Source: a bacterium
GTDB taxonomy: Bacteria > RBG-13-61-14 > DATKZS01
Assembly (NCBI GenBank): GCA_963674965.2
Contig: CAXXFL010000004.1
Span: 192,001 to 256,000, forward strand
Reading direction: 5' to 3'
DNA: 64,000 nucleotides
Shown in pieces: positions 9,390 through 19,429 of this stretch; within the stretch, counting starts at the first letter, position 1; each line of letters begins with the position of its first letter. The notes below the pieces were generated by a model. That model ran no database searches. It saw only the letters and a list, made by a program, of their open reading frames with translations, and had not been told where the DNA came from. The position numbers and the translations under genes were made by a program.

Positions 9390-11780
9390 ATGGCGGTTAA
9401 AATGGGCATGAATATTTCCAGGTTTTTTACCATGTCAGGGTCCCGCCGAGCGATGGACAAAGCGGCTGGAGTCGGGCTTTCTCGTTTTCCATCTCGTCGG
9501 AGGCTGGGCGCGGCGGCCGTAGTCTCGGTTTGTCTGGTCCTTGGCCTCGCCGGCCGTGCCAAGGCGCTGGAAGGGTTGGCCTACGACTTTTTGCCCTCGA
9601 AAGGCCAGGTCCGGATACTGGTGATATTGGCGAGGACGCCCGACGCTCCGCCTGACTTTTCCCCGGAGGACATGAAAAGGATTTTCTTCAGCCGGGAGGA
9701 TGACGGCTATTCGTCCGTGGCCGAGTATTACTCATCGGTTTCCTACGGTCGGTTTCAGATATGCGGGGAAGTCACCGAGTGGGTCGATCTTCCACGCTCC
9801 ACCTCCGACTACTCGGGCGGACGTTTCGGCCAGAGTTACGGTTCCTGGCCTGACAACCTCGGCCGCCTGGTACACGACGCGGTCCTGGCGGGGGACGAGT
9901 CGGGCGTGGACTTTTCCCTCTACGACAACTCGGGAGACGGCCACGTGGACGGCCTCGTGGTCGTTCACTCGGGGGCCGACGCGGCCGGGGACAGGGACAG
10001 GATGAAAATATGGTCGAGGGCCGATTACCTGTCCATGTATGGCGGCGACCCGCTCGAGTTGGACGGCGTCAAGGTCGACCGCTTCAGTCTCTGCCCCGAG
10101 TACTTCCACGTTGGCGAGCGCGACACCATCTTCCCCTACGCCCACGAAATGGGACACCTGCTTGGCTTGCCCGACCTTTACGACACGGACAAAGGCTCGC
10201 TGGGGATCGGGGCCTATGGGCTGATGTCTCATCCACCGCTGGTCCACGGCCACGGGGCCTGCCTGGCCCCGACGGCCTACTCGAGGATGGCGCTCGGATG
10301 GATCGAGCCCAGGCGGATCACGGAAAACCAGCCCTTACGTCTTGGCCCCATCGCCTCGAGTCCGGAGGCCGCTGTGATCGGAACGCCCTTTCCCGGCCAG
10401 TACTTCATCCTTTCCTGCCACCAGCCGATTAAGGAGGACGCCTTTATCTTTGGGGACGGAATGCTCGTCTGGCGAGTCAACGAGAACGCCGTGTACGGCA
10501 ACCGTCTCGAGTGCAGAAAAGGCGGCTGCGAGGGCGGTCCCCTTCTTTCTCTTATCCAGGCGGACGGCAATAACGACCTGGAGATGGGCAAGGCCGTATC
10601 CGATCCCTCCGATTTCTTCCCCGGACCGGCGGGGGTCACGCAAATAGGCCCGGACACGGGAAGGCCGGACAATCCGCTGATGGGCGCCAATACTCTCGCG
10701 GTGAACGGCTATCCCACCGGGGTCAGGATCAAGGACTTGAAGGCCGACAAGGACGGGGTCGAGGTCTCTGTAATAATCGACGACGAGGGAGGTCCATGCT
10801 CGGCCGGCTCGTGCCTTCGCGTCACGAGAGCGGTCTGGGACGACGGCGCGGGCAATGGAAACGGTTGGGCCGAGCCGGACGAAAAGGTCGAGCTCCGGCT
10901 TTTTGTTTTTAACGCCGGCCCTAAAATCGAGAAAGCCGACGTAAGCGTAAGCGGCCCGCTACTGAAGTGGAAGCGCGACTCGGTCAAGATAAAAGACCTG
11001 GCGGCCGGGGGCGAAGGCGAGGTTTCATTTTCGGCCAAGGTCCCGGAGGAGGCCGCTTCCGGGCTTCCCGCCTGGCTCGATTACAAGCTGACCGTCAAGG
11101 ACTCGGGCGTCACGCGGCAGACCGCGCCCGATACCAGGACTGTGGTCGGCGTTCCGAGTCTGCTGATCGTTGACGACGCTCCCCGCGACCTCATCCCCTA
11201 CTGCCGCGGGGCGGCCGACCGTCTCAAGGTCCCCTACTCCGTCGTCGACGTCGAGCGTCACGGACTGCCCTCCCTGGACATGGCCGCGTCCTGCCCCGAG
11301 GTCCTTTGGCTGTCGGGTACCAGGGCCCTCTCGTCAACCTATCCGGACGGCGCGAGGCGAAAAATCTTCGATTCCATAATCGACCGCGGAGGAGCCCTTG
11401 CCTGGAGCGTGGCCAGGATGGACAAGACCGCGGGACCGGACGTCCTCGGCCCCTTCGCCGCGTCTCCCGAGCCCATGCCCGGAATCGGCGCGGCCAAGGG
11501 GCTGGCCCCGGGCGGAAAGACCTTAAACTTTGTCATGGGCGTCCCTTATTATCCCAGCCTTGTGCCTCATCTGGTTTTCGATCCTGGAGAGGGGATATCC
11601 TCTTTCTTGACCGATCAAAAGGGAAGGCCAACCGCGGTCCTGAAATTCCCGGACTCTGACCCGCAAAAGGGGGGAGACCCCAAGCGTCTTTCCATGCTGT
11701 TGGGGTTCCCCTTCGAGGCCCTGAATCCAAGGGACGGCGCCATGCTTCTGGAAGTCGCCATGGGCCTCCCCGGGGGATGA
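9390..11780 (+). CDS. M6-family (immune inhibitor A-like) metalloprotease
   Basis: HEMGHLLGLPDLYD zinc motif, YDNSGDGHVDGL motif, signal peptide; start codon uncertain. Confidence 0.88.
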   Translation: MAVKMGMNISRFFTMSGSRRAMDKAAGVGLSRFPSRRRLGAAAVVSVCLVLGLAGRAKALEGLAYDFLPSKGQVRILVILARTPDAPPDFSPEDMKRIFFSREDDGYSSVAEYYSSVSYGRFQICGEVTEWVDLPRSTSDYSGGRFGQSYGSWPDNLGRLVHDAVLAGDESGVDFSLYDNSGDGHVDGLVVVHSGADAAGDRDRMKIWSRADYLSMYGGDPLELDGVKVDRFSLCPEYFHVGERDTIFPYAHEMGHLLGLPDLYDTDKGSLGIGAYGLMSHPPLVHGHGACLAPTAYSRMALGWIEPRRITENQPLRLGPIASSPEAAVIGTPFPGQYFILSCHQPIKEDAFIFGDGMLVWRVNENAVYGNRLECRKGGCEGGPLLSLIQADGNNDLEMGKAVSDPSDFFPGPAGVTQIGPDTGRPDNPLMGANTLAVNGYPTGVRIKDLKADKDGVEVSVIIDDEGGPCSAGSCLRVTRAVWDDGAGNGNGWAEPDEKVELRLFVFNAGPKIEKADVSVSGPLLKWKRDSVKIKDLAAGGEGEVSFSAKVPEEAASGLPAWLDYKLTVKDSGVTRQTAPDTRTVVGVPSLLIVDDAPRDLIPYCRGAADRLKVPYSVVDVERHGLPSLDMAASCPEVLWLSGTRALSSTYPDGARRKIFDSIIDRGGALAWSVARMDKTAGPDVLGPFAASPEPMPGIGAAKGLAPGGKTLNFVMGVPYYPSLVPHLVFDPGEGISSFLTDQKGRPTAVLKFPDSDPQKGGDPKRLSMLLGFPFEALNPRDGAMLLEVAMGLPGG

Positions 11781-11787
11781 AGGCGGC

Positions 11788-13653
11788 CTACTCGAGTCTC
11801 GGATAAAGGTCGGGCGCGAGAAGATTGGCGCGGCGGAGATGGTCGAGACCCCGCCGTCGGCGGTCGCTATCCGGGCGGCTTGAGGCGAGAATCAGACGGC
11901 CCAGCCTGAAGTGGGCCTGGGCGTAGTCCGGGGCCTGCTCGAGGCAGCGCTCGTAGGCCGCCTCGGCCTCCTCCGCCCGGCCCTGGCCCTCCAGGGACAT
12001 GCCCAGCAGATAATAAGCCTCGGGATGGAAGTCCTTGATCTCGAGCGCCCGGCGAATCTCGACCTCGGCCTGCTTCCACTCCTCGCGCTCGGCGAAGGCC
12101 AGGCCCAGGTTGTAGCGCATGGCCGAGCGGAGGGGACGGTCGTTCCAGGCCGGCCAGTCGGCGTTTATGGGAACGGCCGAGGCCAGGGCCGCCAGGGCCA
12201 GCGCCGCCGGCGCCGCCGCGGCTTGAAGCTTTCGAGAGCGTCGATACCGGGCGGCCCCGGATAGAATCTCCGAAACGGCCGAGGCCGCCAACAGGAAAAA
12301 GAGCGGATATAGGGGGACCCTGTATCTCTCCGTCACGAAGAACATGATGACGGTGGCCGACCAGGACGCGAAAAACAACAGCGGCCAAAGCCACCGCCTG
12401 GGGTCCCGGAGCGCCACGATAAGGCCGGCCAGGGATAGGGGCGCTATCATTCCGAAATGCACCGCCGAAAGAACTCGGAGGGGGAAAAAGGACCCCTTGT
12501 GCGACTCGAGGTCACGGTTGTTGCTCACCTCTCTTCTTTGAAAAAGATAGAGGGTCTTTTTCAGGAAATTCACCGCCGCGTCGGTCGGGTGTTCCCTCAT
12601 CCAGTCCCAGGCCAGGCCGTACCAGTAGCTCGAGGTCTCCGAGCCTCTCACCCTTTTCTTAAGCGCCTCCTGGGCCAGGTAGGTCGAGGTGAGCCACACG
12701 TCCTCCTTGAGGAAGGGGTGGTCGCGCCGGTCCCGGATGAAATCGGCCGGCACCTCCCGGCCGGGCATGGGAATGACCACGGTGCGGCCGTCAACCCCCT
12801 CGTGGTTGCCCAGCCAGAAGTTTATCCCTCCCTGCGACGCTATCAGGACCGGGTCCTTCGCCACCGCCCAGTTCCTGATCGCGACCGGAAGAACCAAAGA
12901 GGCCACGCCGAAACAGAAAAAGGCCGAGCACCACAGAGACCCCTTAAGCGAGAGCCTATTCTCTTCCGCTTGTTCCCGTTTTTCCTTTTCCCTCCCATGA
13001 TAGAGCGCCCTTGCCATCAGGACGGGAGGGACCAGGACGGCGAAGGCCAGGGCGTTGGGCCGGGCAATGGCCATTAGACCGACCGCCGCGCCCGCCGACG
13101 TCCAAAATAATGAACGTTTAAGGGCGTTACCCTTTTCCGCGTCGGCTCGGAGAACGAGCAAAATAGAGGAAAGGCCGAGAAAGGAGGCCAGGCTGGTTAT
13201 GAGAAGCTCGCCGTCGAAATACACCGCGCCCCAGTAAAGCGCGGCCATGATCCCGGCGGCGGCCGCCGCCTTGCGGGGGACGAGAAGGAGTCCCAGCCTG
13301 ACGGTCATGGCCGCCGAGGCCCCACCCAGAAGGGCCTGAAAAATCCTTATGGGCCATAAGGACTCACCGAAAAGACGGACCAGGCCCGCCAGAGTCCATA
13401 TATAGAGGGGCGCCCGAAAATACGAGTAAGCCCCGCCCGCGTCCCCGGCGGCGAGCCGCAGCGCCAGGTCCCAATGGTTGCCCGGGTCCATTATCATCAC
13501 GTCCCAATATGGGGAGCGGGAGTAGGAATACAGATAGAGGAGGCGGACGAAAAAAGCCAGAAAGCCCGCCAGGGCCATGAGCCCGTAATCGGACTTTTCC
13601 AAGCCCCGCCAGGAGGGAGAGGGGAACCTCGCGCCGGCCAAGTCTTCGGTCAT
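11788..13653 (-). CDS. Membrane glycosyltransferase (GT39/ArnT-like) with C-terminal TPRs
   Basis: Multiple TM helices, GGINFWLGN and ERYRVP motifs, TPR tail; start placed at MTEDLAG. Confidence 0.8.
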   Translation of the reverse strand: MTEDLAGARFPSPSWRGLEKSDYGLMALAGFLAFFVRLLYLYSYSRSPYWDVMIMDPGNHWDLALRLAAGDAGGAYSYFRAPLYIWTLAGLVRLFGESLWPIRIFQALLGGASAAMTVRLGLLLVPRKAAAAAGIMAALYWGAVYFDGELLITSLASFLGLSSILLVLRADAEKGNALKRSLFWTSAGAAVGLMAIARPNALAFAVLVPPVLMARALYHGREKEKREQAEENRLSLKGSLWCSAFFCFGVASLVLPVAIRNWAVAKDPVLIASQGGINFWLGNHEGVDGRTVVIPMPGREVPADFIRDRRDHPFLKEDVWLTSTYLAQEALKKRVRGSETSSYWYGLAWDWMREHPTDAAVNFLKKTLYLFQRREVSNNRDLESHKGSFFPLRVLSAVHFGMIAPLSLAGLIVALRDPRRWLWPLLFFASWSATVIMFFVTERYRVPLYPLFFLLAASAVSEILSGAARYRRSRKLQAAAAPAALALAALASAVPINADWPAWNDRPLRSAMRYNLGLAFAEREEWKQAEVEIRRALEIKDFHPEAYYLLGMSLEGQGRAEEAEAAYERCLEQAPDYAQAHFRLGRLILASSRPDSDRRRRGLDHLRRANLLAPDLYPRLE

Positions 13654-13771
13654 CAGCCGTGCATTATAGTATCTAACGTTTTTTTGGCCAAGACCGTGTA
13701 ATATTGGCCCGATACATTGTACAATAAGCTTGGACTCTCCTGGGGGAATCAGGGCGAGAAGAGAGGCGAAA

Positions 13772-14749
13772 ATGGACAATCCTAATATACAAGGCATCCT
13801 GGGCGTGGTTCCCACTCCCCTTAACAACGAGGGCGAGGTGGACGAGGCGGGACTCGAGGCCCTTCTCGAGCACTGCGCCTCCAGCGGCCTTCACGGCGCC
13901 GTGGTGCTGGGATCGACGGGCGAGTTTCCCTATTTCGGGATCGAGGAGAAAAAGCGGATAATCTCCCGCGCCGGCCGTTTGGCCTCCGGCCTTCCCATTG
14001 TGGCGGGAGTGAGCGCCTTCAGCACGCGCGAGAGCGAGGAGTTGGCCATGTTCGCCCGCGAGGCCGGCTGCGCGGCGGTGCTCGCCGGCGTTCCCGTCTA
14101 TTACCAGCTAAGCCCGTCGGAGGTTAAGTATCACCTGGACCGCCTTCACCGGAGCTGTGGTCTCCCGGTTATTTTTTATCATTATCCCGAGACCATGGGC
14201 CTATCTCTTTCTCTTGACGATCTCCAGGAGATAGCGGAGATCGAGGGCGTTCAAGGGGCCAAGATCACGGTGCTTAACCGGGCTTATCTGAAGAACGCCA
14301 TCAAGTACACTCGGGCCGACCTTTGGGACGTCTTCACCGGGACCAGCTTTATGCTTTCCTACGCCATGGACAAGGGAGGGGCCGGGGTGATCTGCCCACT
14401 TCCCCTGATCGCGCCGGAGGAATGCCTCCAGATATACGACCTCTCGCAAAAGGGCAAGCTGGCCGAGGCCGAAAAGATTCAGGAAAGACTTTACGGGAGT
14501 CTTCCCATTTTTTCCGGGCTTGATTTGCCCGAGGCGGTGGCCGTGCCTTATTTCAAGGCCATGCTCAGGAAGCCTTATACCGGCCCGGGCGAGCGCCGTC
14601 CCTCCATGGTGGCCCTGGTCAAGGAGGCCTTGAGGCTGCGGGGCCATCCCATCACCTCGGTGGTCAGGCGTCCCTGTTCGCCGCTGTCGCCCGAGCAGGC
14701 CGACCTGGTGGCCAAGACGATGAAGGAAATGGGATGGCTCCCGAGTTAG
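13772..14749 (+). CDS. Dihydrodipicolinate synthase (DapA/NAL) family aldolase
   Basis: GSTGE motif, YHYP and Schiff-base Lys in GAKIT. Confidence 0.85.
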   Translation: MDNPNIQGILGVVPTPLNNEGEVDEAGLEALLEHCASSGLHGAVVLGSTGEFPYFGIEEKKRIISRAGRLASGLPIVAGVSAFSTRESEELAMFAREAGCAAVLAGVPVYYQLSPSEVKYHLDRLHRSCGLPVIFYHYPETMGLSLSLDDLQEIAEIEGVQGAKITVLNRAYLKNAIKYTRADLWDVFTGTSFMLSYAMDKGGAGVICPLPLIAPEECLQIYDLSQKGKLAEAEKIQERLYGSLPIFSGLDLPEAVAVPYFKAMLRKPYTGPGERRPSMVALVKEALRLRGHPITSVVRRPCSPLSPEQADLVAKTMKEMGWLPS

Positions 14750-15012
14750 GGTCCCAGCTCTGGTATCTTGCCTTGTCCCACGAGAGGATCGTCGAGCTTA
14801 TCTGGCTTCTCGAGGGATACGAGGGCATGGCCGTTCCCCGCGTGCTCGGCAAGGACCCCGGCGTGGTCGAGTTGCTGGTGGCCCCCGACTTGGCCGGGGA
14901 CCTCGAGGTGGTCATACAAAAAATCAACAAAGATCATTTCCCCGTCCAAAGGATACCAAAGCCGGAGGGAGTGAAAAGCATCATTGACGAGGACTGGCTT
15001 GACGCTCCCTGA
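14734..15012 (+). CDS. DUF4911-like small protein
   Basis: LLEGYEGMA..R motif; overlaps the upstream gene, suggesting an operon. Confidence 0.6.
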   Translation: MAPELGSQLWYLALSHERIVELIWLLEGYEGMAVPRVLGKDPGVVELLVAPDLAGDLEVVIQKINKDHFPVQRIPKPEGVKSIIDEDWLDAP

Positions 15013-15114
15013 AAGAAAAACGAGTCGATTTTGCGGCGGGCGAGTTTAAGGATAATCTGAAAGCGCCGCCATATGGAGCGGTTAGCCCGAAACTTCCCCT
15101 GGAGATATCGAAGA

Positions 15115-16518
15115 ATGTCACGGATAAATTTACTCGAACAAGTTAACCTCGAGGCGGTCCTGGCCAAGGCCATGTCCCGGGGCGGCGAATACGCGGACAT
15201 ATTCGCCGAGGAAAAAACCACCACCCTGATCGAGATCGAGGCCGAGAGGGTCGAGAGACTGGTGCAGGGATCAAGGAGCGGAGCGGGGGTCAGGACCATT
15301 CACGACCACCGCGTGGCTTACAGCTATACCGACTCCGTCGAGAAGTCGTCCCTTCTCGACTGCGCCTTTGTGGCCTCGAGGGCGGTCAAGGGGGGAAAAA
15401 GCGTCAACTCGCCCGCCAAGGCCGGGGCATGGAGGAACGAGAGGATGAAGGTACTCGAGCCTCCCTCTTTGGTTTCCATTCCCGACAAGCTCGAAATTTT
15501 ATGGAAAGCGGAGAAGGCGGCGCGAAAGGCGGATAAAAGGATCGTTCAGGTTCGCGTGCTTTTTTCCGACCAGACGAGAAGCATCGCCGTGGCCGACTCG
15601 GGGGGGGGAAGAACGGCCGACTCCTCCACTTATATCGTGTTCTACGTAATAGCCGTGGCGGGAGACGAGTCGGGCATCCAGGTGGCCCACGAGGCCCTGG
15701 GCGGGAACTCGGGCATGGAGATATTCAAGGAGCGCGGCCCCGAGGAACTGGCGGTCCGGGCCGCTCTCCGGGCGGCGGCCGCCCTCGAGGCCAGGCCCGC
15801 TCCCGCGGGGGCCATGCCGGTGGTGCTTTCGTCCGAGGCCGGGGGGACCATGGTACATGAGGCCGTCGGGCATGGCCTCGAGGCCGACCTGGCCGAGCAG
15901 GGGCTGAGCGTGTACCAGGATATGATCGGCCAGAGGGTCGGCTCGGACCTCGTCACCGTGGTGGACGACGCGACCCTGCCGGGCAAGCGCGGGTCATTCA
16001 ACTTCGACGACGAGGGGACCCCCGCGCAAAGGACCGTTCTGGTCGAGAAAGGCATTTTGAAAACCTTCATGTACGACTACAGGATGGCCGCGAAGACCGG
16101 GAGCCAAAGCACGGGTAACGGAAGACGCGAGTCCTATATGTACCCGCCCATCGCTCGCATGACCAACACCATCATCGAGCCGGGCCAGTCGGACCCGGCC
16201 TCCATTTTAAAGTCGGTGGACAAGGGCCTCCTGGTCCTGCGCATGGGAGGAGGAGAGGTCAACACCGTTAACGGGGACTTCGTCTTCGAGGTCGAGGAAG
16301 GCTACATGATCGAGGCCGGCGAGAAAGGCGAGCCCGTAAGGGGGGCCACCCTTACCGGCAACGGTCCCCGGGTCCTGATGGACATCGACATGGTGGGAAG
16401 CGACCTCGGGTTCGGAATCGGCACCTGCGGCAAGGATGGGCAGGGGGCCCCCGTGTCCGACGCCCAGCCCACCCTCCGGATACCCGAGATCATCGTGGGG
16501 GGAAGGCTCGAGGAGTAG
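15115..16518 (+). CDS. tldD: TldD/PmbA-family metalloprotease
   Basis: HEAVGHGLEAD, FDDEG, RMTNT and CGKDGQ motifs. Confidence 0.92.
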   Translation: MSRINLLEQVNLEAVLAKAMSRGGEYADIFAEEKTTTLIEIEAERVERLVQGSRSGAGVRTIHDHRVAYSYTDSVEKSSLLDCAFVASRAVKGGKSVNSPAKAGAWRNERMKVLEPPSLVSIPDKLEILWKAEKAARKADKRIVQVRVLFSDQTRSIAVADSGGGRTADSSTYIVFYVIAVAGDESGIQVAHEALGGNSGMEIFKERGPEELAVRAALRAAAALEARPAPAGAMPVVLSSEAGGTMVHEAVGHGLEADLAEQGLSVYQDMIGQRVGSDLVTVVDDATLPGKRGSFNFDDEGTPAQRTVLVEKGILKTFMYDYRMAAKTGSQSTGNGRRESYMYPPIARMTNTIIEPGQSDPASILKSVDKGLLVLRMGGGEVNTVNGDFVFEVEEGYMIEAGEKGEPVRGATLTGNGPRVLMDIDMVGSDLGFGIGTCGKDGQGAPVSDAQPTLRIPEIIVGGRLEE

Positions 16519-16566
16519 GACGTCTTTGCCGCCCAAGGACCGTCATGATAACCTGATATAATCATT

Positions 16567-17997
16567 ATGAATCAAGAAAATCGAAAGAATGGCCCGTCTC
16601 CCGCGGCGAGCCTGGTGGCGTTTTTTTCCTCGACCAAGCTGACCCTGGTCCTTTTGGCTTTGATAGCGTTCCTGTCCTTTTTCGGGACCACGGGCAGGGA
16701 ATTTAACCTTATCGGTTTCCATCTGGACTTCAGGGGAGACACCCTTTACCGCTCGATACCTTTTCAACTGCTGCTGGGGCTTCTTTTCACCAACCTTCTG
16801 GTCTGCACGATCGACAAGCTGCCGGGCGCGTGGAAGCGGTTTAAAATGGACTCTGGTCCCGAGCCGCCCGCTCCCCCGGCCTCGGCCGACCAAGTGGTGA
16901 CCTTTCTAAAAGCGGACATTGACGACGCCCTTTCCAAGGCCGAGAAATATTTTTTCGGCCAAGGCGCGAAGCCGATAAGGGCGGAGCGCGAGCTGTTCAG
17001 GAAGGTGGGCCCAGGCAAAGACAAGGGCAATGATGGCGAAAAAGAAAAGGCCGCGCCGGAGAAGGTCCGGGCCCGCGTTTCCTTTTTGTCCCGGGGCGGG
17101 ATCAGCGTTCTGGGTCCGCAAATAACTCACGTGGGGATACTGATACTTATCGTCGGCGGCATCATCGGGGGACGGGGACATTTCGAGGCGGAGATGAAGC
17201 TTCGTCCGGGCGAGCAAAAGAGCGAGGCGGGCGTGGCCGAGGCCGATTCCATGCGCCCCGTCGACCTGGGCTTCACCGTGCGTTGCAACGACTTTCAGGT
17301 GACTTATTACGACGACTCCCCCATGGCCAGCGACTATCTTTGCGACCTTTCCATACTGGCGGACGGGCGCGAGGTAAAGAGGCACGTGATCGAGGTGAAC
17401 CGTCCACTCCACTATAAGGGGTACGGGTTCTACCAGGCCAAATACGATTATGAGCCCACCATACGGTACCTGGCCAGGTCCCTGCAGACGGGTGACACCC
17501 TGAGCGTTGTGGCTCCGCTGGGAGAACCGGTCGAGCTTCCCGGCGGCACCTACATGGCCATCGACTTCGAGGAGAAGACCGTGGGCATGGGCCGCGACCT
17601 TGGCCCCAGCCTCACTCTGGGATGGATGAAGGACGGCCAGATGAAGGGCACGGCCAGGCTTTTCCAGAACTTCCCCGACCGGGACCAGGCCAAGGTGGAA
17701 GGCTACCAGATATCCTTCGTGGCCATGCCGGGGCAGTACGCCACCATTCTTCAAATTATCAAGGACCCGGGCATTCCACTGGTCTGGACCGGGTGTTCCC
17801 TTTTGGTGCTGGGGGTGATGGTCTCGTTTTTCATCCGCCACCAGCGCGTCTGGATCGTCGCGTCGAAAAGGGGAGACGGAGTAATCGTCGAGATAGCGGG
17901 CCGAGCGAAAAAGGGCCAGGCCCTTTTCGCGAAGAGGCTGGCGGAGTTGGCCGACGAGCTGGTCAAAGAGAACGCGAAGGCGGCCCCTCCCGAATAG
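16567..17997 (+). CDS. resB: Cytochrome c biogenesis protein ResB/Ccs1
   Basis: N-terminal TM helices, THVGILIL, IEVNRPL, FYQA and DPGIPLVWTGC motifs. Confidence 0.85.
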   Translation: MNQENRKNGPSPAASLVAFFSSTKLTLVLLALIAFLSFFGTTGREFNLIGFHLDFRGDTLYRSIPFQLLLGLLFTNLLVCTIDKLPGAWKRFKMDSGPEPPAPPASADQVVTFLKADIDDALSKAEKYFFGQGAKPIRAERELFRKVGPGKDKGNDGEKEKAAPEKVRARVSFLSRGGISVLGPQITHVGILILIVGGIIGGRGHFEAEMKLRPGEQKSEAGVAEADSMRPVDLGFTVRCNDFQVTYYDDSPMASDYLCDLSILADGREVKRHVIEVNRPLHYKGYGFYQAKYDYEPTIRYLARSLQTGDTLSVVAPLGEPVELPGGTYMAIDFEEKTVGMGRDLGPSLTLGWMKDGQMKGTARLFQNFPDRDQAKVEGYQISFVAMPGQYATILQIIKDPGIPLVWTGCSLLVLGVMVSFFIRHQRVWIVASKRGDGVIVEIAGRAKKGQALFAKRLAELADELVKENAKAAPPE

Positions 17998-18028
17998 CCG
18001 GTAAAAGACGAGTATTTCAAGGTGAGCC

Positions 18029-19426
18029 ATGCTTAATACGTTGCCGGGAATAGACCGTATAATCGAGCTCGAGGAGATTCGCGAGCTTTTAGGCGAGTAT
18101 TCCCACGAGGTGGTGGTGGGCTGGGTCCGGGACGCGGTGGAAGACCTCCGCTCCGGCCTGCTCGGCGGACGCGAGTACCCCCTGGGCGAGGACGGAAAGA
18201 TCGCGCGAGAGACCGTGGCCGCCATGGTCCAGGCCCGCCGCGCTTCTCTGACCAGTCCGTCCCTTCGCAAGTGCGTCAACGCCACGGGCGTGGTGGTACA
18301 CACGAACATGGGCCGGTCGCCCCTGAGTCCATATTTAATGGAGGCCATGAAGGGGGTGCTGGGCACTTACTCGAACCTCGAGTACGACCTGGAAAAGGGA
18401 AAGCGAGGCTCGCGTCACTCCCACCTCGAGCGCCTCATCCGCCGGGTCACGGGCGCCGAGGCCGGTTTCGCGGTCAACAACAACGCGGCGTCGGTATTGG
18501 TGTCGCTCAATACCCTGGCTCGCGGCGGCGAGGTGATCGTCTCGCGGGGCGAGCTTATCGAGATAGGCGGCAGCTTCCGTATCCCGGAGATCATCGAGAG
18601 CGGCGGCGCTCGTCTTCGGGAGGTGGGCACGACGAACAAGACCAGGGTATCCGACTACGAGAGGGCCATCGGTCCGGAGACGTCTCTGATCCTCAAGGCC
18701 CACACCTCGAATTACCGGATACAAGGCTTCACCGAGGAGGTTTCCCTCCAGGACCTGGTCAGGCTGGGACAAGAGCGAGGGGTCCCGGTCATGATGGACC
18801 TTGGCTCCGGGCTCCTCATCGACCTCGAGCCCTACGGCATATTCGGGGAGGACCCGGTCCAGAAGTACGTGGCCATGGGCCCGGACGTTATCACCTTCAG
18901 CGGCGACAAGCTGCTGGGCGGCCCGCAGGCCGGCTTTATCGTCGGGCGCGCCGAGCTGGTCTCGAGGATACAGAAGAACCCCATGGTCCGGGCCCTTAGG
19001 GTGGGCAAGATAACCATCGCCGCCCTCGAGGCCATGCTGACGGCCTACCTAAGTCCCGCCGCCATCACCGAGAAAATCCCCACCCTCAGGCTCCTGACGA
19101 GGCCCGCGCCTCGCATCCGTTCCCAGGCGGCTCGAGCGGCCGCGATGATCCGGGAGCGCTGGCCCGAGGCCAAGGCTCGGGTCCTTCGCGACGAGGCCTT
19201 CGCCGGCGGCGGGTCTTTGCCGGCGGTGCCCCTGCCGACCTACGTGGTCGAGATCGAGGCGGACATGGACGCCGACGGGCTGCATTGTCTTTTCAGGTCG
19301 GCTCCGGTCCCGGTGGTGGGCCGGGTGAGGAAGGGCGCGTTCTGCCTGGATATGCGGACCATCCTGCCCGGCGACCTGGCTCACGTTCTGGCCGCCGTGG
19401 ACATAATCAGGGAGTCGGGGAAATAA
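18029..19426 (+). CDS. selA: L-seryl-tRNA(Sec) selenium transferase
   Basis: NATGVVVHTNMGR, EIGGSFRIP and FSGDKLLGGPQAG (PLP lysine) motifs. Confidence 0.97.
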   Translation: MLNTLPGIDRIIELEEIRELLGEYSHEVVVGWVRDAVEDLRSGLLGGREYPLGEDGKIARETVAAMVQARRASLTSPSLRKCVNATGVVVHTNMGRSPLSPYLMEAMKGVLGTYSNLEYDLEKGKRGSRHSHLERLIRRVTGAEAGFAVNNNAASVLVSLNTLARGGEVIVSRGELIEIGGSFRIPEIIESGGARLREVGTTNKTRVSDYERAIGPETSLILKAHTSNYRIQGFTEEVSLQDLVRLGQERGVPVMMDLGSGLLIDLEPYGIFGEDPVQKYVAMGPDVITFSGDKLLGGPQAGFIVGRAELVSRIQKNPMVRALRVGKITIAALEAMLTAYLSPAAITEKIPTLRLLTRPAPRIRSQAARAAAMIRERWPEAKARVLRDEAFAGGGSLPAVPLPTYVVEIEADMDADGLHCLFRSAPVPVVGRVRKGAFCLDMRTILPGDLAHVLAAVDIIRESGK

Positions 19427-19429
19427 TCC